Shown here in pieces: positions 1 to 10,249 of a DNA stretch of 64,000 nucleotides. This DNA comes from an uncultured Methylomirabilota bacterium (GTDB lineage: Bacteria; Methylomirabilota; Methylomirabilia; Methylomirabilales; 2-02-FULL-66-22): assembly GCA_963705305.1 (NCBI GenBank), contig OY970067.1, positions 1,920,001-1,984,000 on the forward strand, given 5' to 3'. A program made the translations under genes and the position numbers. The notes beneath the pieces are model-generated. The model saw only the letters and a list, made by a program, of their open reading frames with translations. It was not told the DNA's origin and did not search any database. The first letter of the stretch is position 1, and every line of letters begins with the position of its first letter.

Positions 1-2
1 TG

Positions 3-626
3 ATGCCGTACCTGTACACGCTCTATTGGCGCGCCGCGCAATTCGGCGAGCCGATGCTGCGGCCGCTGTTCTACGAATTCGAGCCCGATGCAAGCGCCTG
101 GGCCGACAGCGACGACTTCATGCTGGGGCCGAGCCTGCTCGTGGCGTCGGTCGTCGAAGCCGGCCAACGCCAGCGGCGGGTCTATCTGCCACAGGGACCG
201 GCCGGTTGGTTCGACTTCTGGTCCGGAAACCGTTTCGGCGCCCGCAGGACAGTGCGCGCGCCAGCCCCGCTCGAGCGCATCCCTCTCTTCGTTCCGGCCG
301 GCGCAATGGTTCCGACAACGGACACAGACGACATGCGCAGGCGGCACGACGAGCCGTCGCGCGCGCTGCGCATCTTCCCCGGGCGCGGCCGTATGACGAC
401 GACCTTCACGCTGTACGAAGACGACGGGCGTACGCTCGCGTATCGCGACGGCGACTGGGCGCAGGTCGCGTTCGAGATGACGACGGGCGCGACGACGATC
501 GCGTTGCAGGCGCGCAAGAGCGGCGGCTATCGGCTGCCGTACGAGCGCATCCGCGTCGTACTGCCCGCCGGCGAGCGCAGGAGCGTGCGGCTCGACGGAC
601 AGGGGGTCGCGCTCGTCGTCGGATGA
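3..626 (+). CDS. Glycoside hydrolase family 31 (alpha-glucosidase/xylosidase), C-terminal part; 5' end lies outside the window
   Basis: PYLYT...GEPMLRPLFYEF...FMLGPSLLVA...VYLP...WFDFW...PLERIPLFV...LYEDDG is the typical GH31 C-terminal region. Confidence 0.9.
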   Translation: MPYLYTLYWRAAQFGEPMLRPLFYEFEPDASAWADSDDFMLGPSLLVASVVEAGQRQRRVYLPQGPAGWFDFWSGNRFGARRTVRAPAPLERIPLFVPAGAMVPTTDTDDMRRRHDEPSRALRIFPGRGRMTTTFTLYEDDGRTLAYRDGDWAQVAFEMTTGATTIALQARKSGGYRLPYERIRVVLPAGERRSVRLDGQGVALVVG

Positions 627-1002
627 ACGGGACGTCGCGGCCGCCGTCGGGCCACATTCCTCGCGCACGACGTGCGCTGGCTGACCGTATTCCGCGCGCG
701 CCACAAGAGGGCGGCGGCGCCTCCTGGCACGTGCGGCGCTAGCCTTTCGATTGGCCGGCACGTCCCTTCTCCCTCCCCGCGGCGACCCGCCGGTCCCTCG
801 CTCCGGCCGCGGGAGTGGCCGGATGTCACGCTCCGCCGGCGGCGGGGCGTGCCGCTTACCTGACGGGTGCCCGCCGCCAGCCGAGGAGCTTCCCCTTGAC
901 GGGGCCGTCCACCCGGGGTAGGGTCGGCGCACAGGGATGTCGGAAGCCCGCGCCGGACCGGCGCGGCGCAGCCACACGAGATCCGGCAAGAGGAGGAGCA
1001 TC

Positions 1003-1746
1003 ATGCAGACACGCGTCGCCCTCGTCACGGGCGGCTCACGGGGCATCGGCCGCGCCATCGCGCTGGAGCTGGCCCGCGCCGGGTACGCGGTGGGGGTCAA
1101 CTACGCCAACCGGCAGGATCAGGCGGAGGCGGTCGTCGCCGCGATCGCGACCGGCGGCGGGGAGGCGACTGCGCTCCAGGCGGATGTGGCCGACCCACGG
1201 GCGGTCGAGGCGATGTTCGCCGCGCTCGACCGGCGCTTCGGCCGCCTGGATGCCCTGGTGAACAACGCCGGCATCGGGACCCGGATCGAGTCCCTCACCG
1301 CCATCGACGATGCCACCTGGCGACGCACGCTGGCGGTAAACCTGGACGGGGCCTTCTACTGCCTCCGCGCCGCGGTGCCGCGCCTGCGGGCGGCCGGCGG
1401 GGGTCGGATCGTGAACGTCTCTTCGGGGGCGGCGAAGACGGGAGGGGCGATCGGGGCACACTATGCGGCCAGCAAGGCCGGCCTCCTGGCGTTGACCGCC
1501 AAGGCCGCCCGCGAGCTCGCCCGCGAGGGGATCGCCGTGAACGCCGTCCTGCCCTCGGTGATCGAGACCGAGATGATGGAATCGCTGGCGGCAACCCCCG
1601 CGGCCCGGGAGCGGCTGCAGGCCCAGTTCCCCATCGGCCGCTTCGGCCAGCCGGAGGAGGTGGCGCAGGTGGTGCGCTTCCTCGTGGCCGAGGCGCCGGC
1701 CTACCTGACGGGCGAGTTTCTCAGCCTGCGCGGCGGACGGCTGTAG
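1003..1746 (+). CDS. SDR family oxidoreductase (FabG-like)
   Basis: TGGSRGIG, NNAG and YAASK motifs; AGGAGGAG RBS at 991-998 before ATG 1003. Confidence 0.9.
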   Translation: MQTRVALVTGGSRGIGRAIALELARAGYAVGVNYANRQDQAEAVVAAIATGGGEATALQADVADPRAVEAMFAALDRRFGRLDALVNNAGIGTRIESLTAIDDATWRRTLAVNLDGAFYCLRAAVPRLRAAGGGRIVNVSSGAAKTGGAIGAHYAASKAGLLALTAKAARELAREGIAVNAVLPSVIETEMMESLAATPAARERLQAQFPIGRFGQPEEVAQVVRFLVAEAPAYLTGEFLSLRGGRL

Positions 1747-1762
1747 CGCCCCCCGCCCGCGC

Positions 1763-3472
1763 TCACGGCAGCAGGCCGGCGGCCTTCATGGCCGTGTAGG
1801 TCAAGTAGCCTCCCGACAGGTTGTGCGCCCGATACCCGCGCTGCGCCAGGAATCGCGTCGCGGAGTAGGCCCGCTGTCCCACCACACAGCAGATCCAAAG
1901 ATCGCGGTCCTTCGGCAGATCGCCATACCGATCGCGAAGCCGGGAGAGCGGCAGGTTGATCGCCCGGGGGATGTGGCCCTCGGCGAACTCGTCGGGCTCC
2001 CGCACATCCAGCACCAGTGCATCCGTGCGGGCGAGCTCCGCCCAGTCGGCGATGGGCATGTCGCCGGTCAGCACATTCGCCGCGAGCATTCCCGCCATGT
2101 TGACCGGATCCTTGGCGGCGCCATACTGCGGCGCATAGCACAGCTCGGCCTCGGCCAGATCGTGGACGGTGCCCCCGAACTGCATGGCCGTCGCGATCAC
2201 GTCGATCCGCCTCTCCACCCCCTCGCGCCCGACCGCCTGCGCACCCAGGATGCGCCCGTCGGGGACCGAGAACACCAGCTTGAGGTGGATGCGGCTGGCC
2301 CCGGGGTAGTAGCTGGCGTGGTGCCACGGGTGCAGGTATACCTTCTGGAAGGCCGTGACCCCCGCCCGCCGCAGGCCCTTCTCGCTGGCGCCGGTGGAGG
2401 CGACGGTCAGGCCCAGCACCCCCACCACGGCGGTGGCCTGCACCCCGCGGAACCGCGTGGCCCGCCCGGCGATCGATTCGGCCGCCACGCGGCCCTGGCG
2501 GTTGGCCGGCCCCGCCAGCGGCAGGACGGTGTCCTGGCCGGTCACCACATCCGGCACCTCGACGGCGTCGCCCACGGCCCAGATATGCCGATCGGAGGTG
2601 CGCATCTGGTCATCAACGGCGATGCCCCCGCGCCGCCCCAGGCGCAGGCCGGCCGCCTCGGCCAGGGCGATCTCGGGCCGGACGCCGATGGCGAGGATGA
2701 CGAGATCGGCGGGCAGCGCTGCCCCGCTCTCGGCGACGACGCGCAGGCCGCCGTCCTCGCGCCGCTCGATGGCGGCCAGCCCGTCGCCCAGCCGGAGCTG
2801 CACGCCCTCCGCCCGGAGGTGCTCCAGGAGGGGCGCGGCCATCTCCGGATCGAGCGGTGGCATCACCTGCGGCAGCTTCTCGAGGACGGTTACGGCCAGC
2901 TTCCGGTGGCGCAGGTTCTCGACCATCTCCAGCCCGATGAAGCCGGCCCCGACGACCACCGCGCTGGCGGCGTTCCGCTCGGCGATCCACGACCGGATGC
3001 GGCGCGAATCGGGGATGCTGCGCACCGCGAAGACGCCGGGCAGGTCCACGCCGGGCAGCGAGGGGCGGATCGGCGCCGCGCCCGGGGCCAGCACCAGCGC
3101 GTCGTAGCGCTCCGTGCGACTGGTGCCGCTCTTTCCATCGCGCACCGTGATGGTGCGCGCCCTGCAGTCGATGCCGGTGACTTCGGTCTCGGTCTGCATC
3201 TGGACGTTGAAGCGGACGCGGAACAGCTCCGGCGAGGCCACCAACAAGGCCTTTTCCTCCGCGATGACATCGCCGACGTAATACGGCAGCCCGCAATTCG
3301 CGAAGGAGACGTACGGACCGCGCTCGAAGACGACGATCTCGGCCGATTCGTCCAGGCGCCGCAGGCGCGCCGCGCATGAGGCGCCTCCCGCGACGCCGCC
3401 GACGATAAGGACGCGACGCGGAGCCGCGGGGTTGCCCGGGCCACCCGGGTGTGGATCGGCGTGCTGGCTCAT
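1763..3472 (-). CDS. CoA-disulfide/persulfide reductase with C-terminal rhodanese domain (CoADR-RHD/Npsr-like)
   Basis: GGVAGG FAD motif, SFANCGLPYY redox Cys, GAGFIGLE NADH motif, YAPQY; rhodanese LDVREPDEF..GHIP and CVVGQR; AGGAGGAG RBS on the minus strand. Confidence 0.9.
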   Translation of the reverse strand: MSQHADPHPGGPGNPAAPRRVLIVGGVAGGASCAARLRRLDESAEIVVFERGPYVSFANCGLPYYVGDVIAEEKALLVASPELFRVRFNVQMQTETEVTGIDCRARTITVRDGKSGTSRTERYDALVLAPGAAPIRPSLPGVDLPGVFAVRSIPDSRRIRSWIAERNAASAVVVGAGFIGLEMVENLRHRKLAVTVLEKLPQVMPPLDPEMAAPLLEHLRAEGVQLRLGDGLAAIERREDGGLRVVAESGAALPADLVILAIGVRPEIALAEAAGLRLGRRGGIAVDDQMRTSDRHIWAVGDAVEVPDVVTGQDTVLPLAGPANRQGRVAAESIAGRATRFRGVQATAVVGVLGLTVASTGASEKGLRRAGVTAFQKVYLHPWHHASYYPGASRIHLKLVFSVPDGRILGAQAVGREGVERRIDVIATAMQFGGTVHDLAEAELCYAPQYGAAKDPVNMAGMLAANVLTGDMPIADWAELARTDALVLDVREPDEFAEGHIPRAINLPLSRLRDRYGDLPKDRDLWICCVVGQRAYSATRFLAQRGYRAHNLSGGYLTYTAMKAAGLLP

Positions 3473-3494
3473 GCAGACTCCTCCTGCGTTAGCC

Positions 3495-3605
3495 CCATTC
3501 CGAAAATATCCCACCGCCAAGGCGCCAAGGGAAAAATTCGAATTTCGAAATCGAAAGGGGCTCTCTTGGCGTCATAGCGGGAGAATGGTTCTCTGGGTTC
3601 AAGGT
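3495..3605. repeat. Intergenic palindromic (REP-like) element, copy 1
   Basis: Arms CCGCCAAGGCGCCAAG (3514-3529) and CTTGGCGTCATAGCGG (3565-3580) around TTCGAAT-TTCGAAA-TCGAAA; 3512-3546 is identical to 16595-16629. Confidence 0.85.
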
Positions 3606-3630
3606 TCGGTGTCGGCTCCCCCTCCCGCTG

Positions 3631-4914
3631 TCAGCGGCCGGCGGGGCGGGGGAGCTCCATGAAGGTGCCCGCGCGGACCGCCGCCACGGCGACCAGCCGC
3701 CGGCCGGTCTTCCGGGTGCGTCCGTCCACGTCGGTCACGGTGAACTCGCCCTCCTCGAGCCGGAGCAGCGTGGCGTCGCCCACCCCGCCGATCTCCAGCC
3801 TCCCGAGCTCGGGGTGGCGGAGATTGGCCGCGGGATTCACGGTCATCCGCGGCAAGCACTCCTCGAAGGGCACGCCGAAGGCCATGAACTGGGTGGCCAC
3901 CATCATCAGGCTGAAATCGGGATCGGCGCCATTGACCCTGGTCAGGTCGGTGCTGAAGCTGTCCGGCAGCAGGCCCCGCTCGACGGCGGCCTGCATCTGG
4001 GGGAAGGCCATGTGGTTCCGACCGCGTGCCGTGTCGAGGCGGACGCCCCGCTCGCGGGCGGCGAAGACCTCAGGAATGATGGAGGCGCCCGGGATGGCCT
4101 GCACGCCCAGGATATTGGACTTGCGGCTGGTCAGGTAGTGGGAGACCACATCGCCGGGGCGGAGGAGATTCAGGATCTGCCCCAGCGGCTCGACCGTGTC
4201 CCCCACGTGGATCATGACGGGAAGCTTGGCCGCGTTGCCCGCCTCCAGGAGGAGCTTCAGGGCCGGCAGGCAGGGACCCCCCCCGGTCACGTAGGTGCTG
4301 AGGCGGGCCTTGAAGCCCACGATGACGTCGGGGTGCTGCTGCGCCAGCGCGACCGCCGCATCGACATCCAGCAGGGGCAGGAACGCCAGCTCGCCCAGGC
4401 GGGTGTCGGTCTGGCCGATGCTGGAGATGTTCAGCCACACCAGGACGCGGGTCTGGCTGGCCGCGATCACCGGCCGGAAGGCGCCGAAACTGGACGCGCC
4501 GCAGGTGCCCCCGTCGGCCACCGTGGTCGCCCCGCGGCGGATGCCGATGGCGTCGGGATTGGCGGCCTCGCCCAGGCCTTCCGCGGCATGGACGTGATCG
4601 TCGATCAAGCCGGGCACCACCAGCGCCCCGCTCGCCGATTCCACCCGGCTCGCCCGCGCCGGGTCGATGGCCGGCTCGATTGCGGCCACCCGGCCTGCCG
4701 CGAAGGCCACATCGAGCCGCCCACGCCGGCCCGAGGCCGGATCGATGAATTCCCCGCCCCTCACCAGCAGGTCGTAGCGGGGCTCCGCCTCGGTCGGGGA
4801 ACCGCCGCGGCCCGTCCGCCTCCCCGTTGCAGATTGGGGGTTTCCCTGTGTGCGTGCGCCCCCCGCCCGGTGGGCGGCAGACCGGCTCGATCCTGGTCGA
4901 TCAGACCTCTTCAT
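3631..4914 (-). CDS. Amidohydrolase / dihydroorotase-like metallohydrolase (deacetylase family)
   Basis: YDLLVRGG..IDP, PGLIDDHVH, GATTVADGG, GFKARLS, MIHVG, PGDVVSH, STD; RBS AGAGGAG upstream of ATG 4914. Confidence 0.85.
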   Translation of the reverse strand: MKRSDRPGSSRSAAHRAGGARTQGNPQSATGRRTGRGGSPTEAEPRYDLLVRGGEFIDPASGRRGRLDVAFAAGRVAAIEPAIDPARASRVESASGALVVPGLIDDHVHAAEGLGEAANPDAIGIRRGATTVADGGTCGASSFGAFRPVIAASQTRVLVWLNISSIGQTDTRLGELAFLPLLDVDAAVALAQQHPDVIVGFKARLSTYVTGGGPCLPALKLLLEAGNAAKLPVMIHVGDTVEPLGQILNLLRPGDVVSHYLTSRKSNILGVQAIPGASIIPEVFAARERGVRLDTARGRNHMAFPQMQAAVERGLLPDSFSTDLTRVNGADPDFSLMMVATQFMAFGVPFEECLPRMTVNPAANLRHPELGRLEIGGVGDATLLRLEEGEFTVTDVDGRTRKTGRRLVAVAAVRAGTFMELPRPAGR

Positions 4915-5691
4915 CGAACGTCTCTCCTCTGCAAGGGTCGGACCCGGGGCAGCCGGCCCCGCACGGCGCGCCGCCTCCCGGCGGCGACGCAGGGAACTCC
5001 GCCCACCAGCGGAACATCCACCAGAAAGCGCCGGGGTGTCAAGCCGCACCTCGAGGAAGGTGCTGGAGATCGAACAGGACCGCCCCGCGGAGGGCCGGGG
5101 GCCCGCCCGCCGCCGGCCGCGGCGGGGTGCAACGTTCCGCGAGCGAGATCCGGAGCATTCTCGCATTGACAATCCGGGCGGGTATTGATAGGCATACCGA
5201 CAAACAACGGGCCCCCTGTATGACCTGGGGGACGAATTCTCTGTTCGACCATTCCCCGGACGGCCCCACGGAAGCAGTAGCGAGCAACTCGATTGCGCGT
5301 CATCGGCAGCTTCCGCCATGTTGCTTGACTCGCCGCCGCTCGGCGGCGTCCAGATCTTCGAGAGGGGAAGTCGGGATGCGGCTCCCGGATTCCCCGGCCG
5401 CGCGGATGCCCCCTTCCAGACCGCGCCCGCCCGAACGATTCGCGTGACCCCGCCTCCCGGCCTCGGAATCCAGGACGCCCGCAGCGCCCCGGCCGAGGGG
5501 GCCGCCCGGGATGCGCCTCCAGCCCCCACGCGAGGGGGCGGGGGCCGAGCCTGGCTCATGGCGGAGAGGGGGGCCGGGCGGCCTCCCCCGCCGGGGCGGC
5601 GGGATGAGCTCTCCAACCCTCACACGGCCCGGCAGCCAGTATTCGTCGATCCCGTGCGAGAGTGCGCGGCGCCGGGTATGGAGGCAAGACC

Positions 5692-6999
5692 ATGAGTCTT
5701 CTGGGTATTGCGATTCTGGGGCTTTGGCTCGTCGCCTGCATCTTGCTGATGCGCGGCTACCCCATGGTCCCGGTGCTGATCGGATTGGCGATTATCTGGG
5801 GGCTGATGGCGGGGGCCGGCCACAAGGTGCTCACCGATGTGATTGAGGGCGGGATCTTCAGCTTCGCCACCACCACCATGGTGATCATCATGGGGGCGTG
5901 GATGGCGGAGTGCCTCATGCAGACCGGCATCGCCGAGACCCTGATCCGGAACGCGGCGGAGCTGGCCGGAGACCGCCCCCTCGCCGTGGCCATCACCATG
6001 GTGTGTGTGATCACCTTCCTGTTCACCTCGATGTACGGCGTGGGGGCCGCGGTCATGGTGGGCGTGATCGTCTTTCCCATCATGCTCAACCTGGGGATCC
6101 CGTCGGAGGTCGCCGCCCCGCTCTTCACCTTCTCGATCATCGCCGGCATCCAGCTCAGCCTCGTGGAGTGGGGCATCTGGAAGGCGCTGTTCAAGATCCC
6201 CCAGGACTTCAACGCCTTCTTTACCCTGTCCATGGTGCAGCTGTTCATCTGGGCGGCGCTGGCCATCGTCATGGCCATCGTGAGGATCCGTGCCACAGGC
6301 CCGGTGCGCGCCCACGCGGTGAACACCTCCAGCGGATACGGCCACGGGAGCGCCGACGAGGCGAAATCCGGTGTGGCGCGCAAGGCGCCCTGGTTCGCCC
6401 TGCTGACCCCGATCGTGCCGGTCGCCGTGGTGATGATCTTCAAGTGGCCGCTGGTGCCGGCCTTTCTCCTGGGCGTGGTCGTGGCGCTCCTGGCCACCAT
6501 CCATCATCGCCCCTTCCGCCAGAGCGTGGATCTGCTCCAGCGGGCCCTCTATGACGGCTTCCGCAGCATGGCACCGGTGTGCGCCGTCTGGATGATCATC
6601 GGCGCGATCATCAAAGCCTCCTCGCTCCCCGAGGTGCAGGCCCCATTGAAGAGCCTGCTGGGCGGGCTGCTGCCAAGCACCCCCTGGACCATCGTGGCGT
6701 TCCTGGGCATCTTCGCCCCGCTGGCCATCTACCGGGGCCCGGTCTGCCTGGCCGGCGTCGGCTCGGCCCTCGTGCCCCTGTTCTTGGGTATGAAGACGGT
6801 CAGCCCCGGCTTCCTCTTCGGGGCCTGGAAAGGGACCAACTACGTCCATGGGTCGACGGATCCGATCAACTCCTGGGTCCTCTGGACCCTCGGCTACCTC
6901 AACGTCCCCGGGGTCGTCCACATCAAGAAGACCCTCCCCTTCTCCTGGGTGGCGGCGATCCTCTCGGCCATCGCCGCTGTGCTGATCCTCCACTCCTGA
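5692..6999 (+). CDS. Ion-transporter superfamily permease (citrate/gluconate transporter-like)
   Basis: Many hydrophobic helices; GAW....QTGIAETLIR.AAEL.GDRP motif; GGAGG RBS. Confidence 0.75.
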   Translation: MSLLGIAILGLWLVACILLMRGYPMVPVLIGLAIIWGLMAGAGHKVLTDVIEGGIFSFATTTMVIIMGAWMAECLMQTGIAETLIRNAAELAGDRPLAVAITMVCVITFLFTSMYGVGAAVMVGVIVFPIMLNLGIPSEVAAPLFTFSIIAGIQLSLVEWGIWKALFKIPQDFNAFFTLSMVQLFIWAALAIVMAIVRIRATGPVRAHAVNTSSGYGHGSADEAKSGVARKAPWFALLTPIVPVAVVMIFKWPLVPAFLLGVVVALLATIHHRPFRQSVDLLQRALYDGFRSMAPVCAVWMIIGAIIKASSLPEVQAPLKSLLGGLLPSTPWTIVAFLGIFAPLAIYRGPVCLAGVGSALVPLFLGMKTVSPGFLFGAWKGTNYVHGSTDPINSWVLWTLGYLNVPGVVHIKKTLPFSWVAAILSAIAAVLILHS

Positions 7000-7115
7000 C
7001 GAAGCGGGCCGCCGCCGGCCGGGAGCTGCCTCCCATCTCGCGGGGGGCTCCCGGGCGCCGGCGGAAACCAGGCAGAACGCCCCCGGGCGCCCGGGGGGCT
7101 CCGGAGGGACGTCGG

Positions 7116-9263
7116 ATGGAAGTCCGGATCGGAATCGATGTGGGCGGCACCTTCACCAAGGCGGTCGCGATCGACAACGCCAGCCTCGAGATCGTGGGCA
7201 AGGCCAGTACCATGACCACCCACCGCGCGGCCGAGGGGGTCGCCGCCGGGGTCATCCAGGTCTTTCACGATGTCTTGGCCCAGACGCACATCGAGCCCTG
7301 CGAGGTGCGCTTCGTGGCTCACAGCACGACCCAGGCCACCAACGCCCTGCTGGAGGGGGATGTGGCGCCGGTCGGCATTCTGGGAATGGGCGGCTCCTGG
7401 CTGCAGAGCTGGCTGGCGCGCCGCCAGACCCGCATCGGGGACATCCAGCTGGCACCGGGGAAGACGCTACCCACCTTCCATGCCTACCTGCGGACGGCCG
7501 ATCTCACGACCGACGCCGTGCGCCGGGCGCTGGAAGAGCTGACCCGCCAGGGGGCCCGCGTCATCGTGGCGAGCGAAGCGTTCGGGGTGGACAGCAGCGC
7601 CAACGAGCGCCGGGTCATCGAGGTCGCGGAGGCGTTCGGCCTGCCGGCCTGCGGCGGCAGCGCGATCACCAAGCTGTACGGGCTGACCGTGCGGACCCGC
7701 ACCGCCGTGGTGAACGCCTCCATCCTCCCGAAGATGGTGGAGACCGCCGACATGACCGAGCGGAGCGTGCGCAGCGCCCACATCGAAGCCCCCCTCATGA
7801 TCATGCGCGGGGACGGCGGCCTCATGGATGTGGCCGAAATGCGCAAGCGGCCCATCGTGACCATGCTCTCGGGACCGGCAGCCAGCGTGGCCGGCGCCCT
7901 CATGTATTTGCGCGTCTCCGACGGGATTTTCTTCGAGGTGGGCGGCACCAGCACCAATATCGGCGTTATCAAGAACGGCCGTCCCATGGTGAAATACGTC
8001 GACCTGGGCGGCCATCGCACCTTCCTGAACTCTCTGGACGTGCGCGTCTTGGGCGTTGCCGGCGGGAGCATGCCCCGGCTGGCCCACGGCCAGCTCGTGG
8101 ACGTGGGGCCGCGGAGCGCGCACATCGCTGGGCTGCCCTACGCGGCCTTCGCCGACCCCGAGGAGCTGCGCGGATGCGAACTGATCCTGGTGCGCCCACG
8201 GCCGGCGGATCCGGAGGACTACGCGGCGGTCCGGACGCGGGCGGGGAAGGCCTATGCGATCACCAACACCTGCGCGGCCAACGTCCTGGGGCTGGCGCAG
8301 CCCGGCCACTACGCCTACGGGAACCCGGAGGCCGCCAGGGCGGCGATGGGGGCTCTAACCGGCCGCCTCGGCCAGCCCGTGGAGGCGGTGGCCCGGCGCA
8401 TCCTGGAGATTCCCTCGGCCAAGATCGCCGCCCTCCTCGAAACGCTCATCGCGGAGTACCAGCTGGAGCGCCGGGGGGTGGTCCTGGTGGGCGGGGGCGG
8501 CGGCGCGGCGGCCCTCATCCCCTTCACCGCGCAGGCCATGGGCCTGGAGTACCAGATCGCCAAGAATGCGGAGGTCATTTCCTCCATCGGGGTGGCGCTG
8601 TCCATGATCCGGGACATCGTGGAGCGCACGATCCCCAACCCCCGCCCCGAGGACATTGCGGCCATCAAGCGGGAAGCGGTGGAGGCCGCGGTGCGGGTGG
8701 GCGCAGCGCCCGAGTCCGTGCAGGTGTACATCGAGGTGGACAGCCAGAAGAGCCGGGTGCGCGCGACGGCGCTCGGCACCACCGAGCTGAAAGCCCGCGA
8801 TCTGCTCAGGGCGGTGAGCGGGGCAGAGGCGGCTGCCATCGCCGCCCAATCCATGCATGCCGACCCCGCCACCGTCCGCCTGCTGGGACAGACCGAGACC
8901 CTGCGCGTGTACGAGGGGCAGCTCGAACGGCGGGAATGGGGGGTGTTCCGCACAACCCGGCGACCGATCCGGGTGGTGGACCACCAGGGCTTCGTCAAGC
9001 TGCAGCGCGAGGTCGCCCTGGTGCAGCCGACCACCGTGGCGGTCTGGGCGGAGGCCTTCCGGGGCCTCTGGCAGAAGGGCACCGTCTACGTCGGGGACGC
9101 CACGGTGTACCCAGACATGTTCCTGCTGGTGGGCAGCCGGCTGATCGACCTGTCGGGCATGCAGAAGCTGGAGCAGGCGGAGGAGGTGGCCCGGACCGAA
9201 ACGGTGGGACACCCCGCGACCGAGACGATCGTCCTCATCGCCGGGATGCGAGAGGGGATGTAG
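7116..9263 (+). CDS. Hydantoinase/oxoprolinase A-type (HyuA-like, ASKHA ATPase fold) protein
   Basis: IGIDVGGTFTKAV, HSTTQATNALLEG, RTRTAVVNA, MRGDGG, SGPAAS, EVGGTSTNIG, GPRSA; GGAGG RBS before ATG 7116. Confidence 0.85.
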   Translation: MEVRIGIDVGGTFTKAVAIDNASLEIVGKASTMTTHRAAEGVAAGVIQVFHDVLAQTHIEPCEVRFVAHSTTQATNALLEGDVAPVGILGMGGSWLQSWLARRQTRIGDIQLAPGKTLPTFHAYLRTADLTTDAVRRALEELTRQGARVIVASEAFGVDSSANERRVIEVAEAFGLPACGGSAITKLYGLTVRTRTAVVNASILPKMVETADMTERSVRSAHIEAPLMIMRGDGGLMDVAEMRKRPIVTMLSGPAASVAGALMYLRVSDGIFFEVGGTSTNIGVIKNGRPMVKYVDLGGHRTFLNSLDVRVLGVAGGSMPRLAHGQLVDVGPRSAHIAGLPYAAFADPEELRGCELILVRPRPADPEDYAAVRTRAGKAYAITNTCAANVLGLAQPGHYAYGNPEAARAAMGALTGRLGQPVEAVARRILEIPSAKIAALLETLIAEYQLERRGVVLVGGGGGAAALIPFTAQAMGLEYQIAKNAEVISSIGVALSMIRDIVERTIPNPRPEDIAAIKREAVEAAVRVGAAPESVQVYIEVDSQKSRVRATALGTTELKARDLLRAVSGAEAAAIAAQSMHADPATVRLLGQTETLRVYEGQLERREWGVFRTTRRPIRVVDHQGFVKLQREVALVQPTTVAVWAEAFRGLWQKGTVYVGDATVYPDMFLLVGSRLIDLSGMQKLEQAEEVARTETVGHPATETIVLIAGMREGM

Positions 9264-9275
9264 TGGAGAGCTGGA

Positions 9276-9953
9276 ATGGAGCGGAATCCTGAGGTCTCGC
9301 GCCTGGTGGCGGCGGCCCTGGCCCGTCCGGTAGACGCGGCCCTCTGGGCGGCCATGCTGCGCGAGGATCTCGTGTACGCGAAGATCCCCGTGGACCTCCG
9401 CCAGCCGGCCATCGAGCGCGCCGCGGCCGCGGGCCGCCAGGCCGCACTCGAGTGCCGGACTCGTCACGGCACGGCCGATCCCGTCGCCCTCGTAAAGCAT
9501 TTCGGCGTTCGGCTTGTCGAAAGCGACGCGCCTTACGTGTACGGCAAGCTCGTGCAGACCTCCACCTACGTGCACCGAACTCCGACGATCACCCTCTACA
9601 CGGGGGCCATCGAGGAGATGAATCGCTTCCTGGCCGATCAGGATCTGACGGGACTTCTGGGCATCCGCGACGTACGCCCGGTCTACCTGGCCCATGAGCT
9701 GTTTCACCACCTGGAGGAGTCCTCCCTGGGTCGGGCGGCCGCTCTGGTGCGCGTCGTCACCTTCCGGCTCGGCCCGCTGATCCTGCGATCCGGGATCGCG
9801 CAGCTCAGCGAGATCGCCGCCGACGCCTTCGCCCAGCGACTGCTCGACCTGCCCGCCGCCCCGCGACTGCTCGATTACCTGACGGTCTGGATTCACAATG
9901 AAGCCGCAGGCCTCCGAGGCCTGGCAGCCCTGGCCGCGGAGGGCCCGGGATAG
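9276..9953 (+). CDS. Hypothetical protein with HExxH zinc-peptidase motif (ImmA/IrrE-like fold)
   Basis: LAHELFHHLE followed by EIAADAFA (E..A..FA pattern of ImmA/IrrE-type zincins). Confidence 0.7.
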   Translation: MERNPEVSRLVAAALARPVDAALWAAMLREDLVYAKIPVDLRQPAIERAAAAGRQAALECRTRHGTADPVALVKHFGVRLVESDAPYVYGKLVQTSTYVHRTPTITLYTGAIEEMNRFLADQDLTGLLGIRDVRPVYLAHELFHHLEESSLGRAAALVRVVTFRLGPLILRSGIAQLSEIAADAFAQRLLDLPAAPRLLDYLTVWIHNEAAGLRGLAALAAEGPG

Positions 9954-10106
9954 GTCCCCTTTTTACAGCCCCTCCGGGGCGCGGGTCCGCGGAGGGAGCG
10001 CTCGTGACCGAAATCAGTCGGGGCGCGCGCGGCCCGAATGCGGTGCCCGCGGGGGACCCGGCGCTGCGTGGCCGACCGCGAACACAACCGCCATCACCGC
10101 AACCGA

Positions 10107-10160
10107 TTGACAGCCCAACATGGCATGGGCATATTAGGCCGAAAATATGATCCGATATTG
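10107..10160 (+). promoter_or_regulatory. Putative sigma70 promoter with AT-rich operator-like inverted repeat
   Basis: TTGACA (10107) - 17 bp - CATATT (10130); AATAT-GATCCG-ATATT downstream; AT-rich patch in GC-rich DNA. Confidence 0.5.
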
Positions 10161-10249
10161 ATTCCATCGCGATCCGCAGGGCAGGCAAATCCGGCGTGGG
10201 GGCAGCCGCGGCCGGGCGAGAAAAACCCACACACAAAGGGGGCGAGGCC

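Noticed and set aside
4915..5616. 234-aa N-terminal extension of the amidohydrolase ORF
   Set aside because: Low-complexity R/G/P/S sequence; a good RBS and ATG at 4914 explain the gene.
6579..7115. N-terminal extension of the 894-aa hydantoinase ORF
   Set aside because: It overlaps the transporter in another frame; family similarity starts at MEVRIGIDVGG (7116), after a GGAGG RBS.
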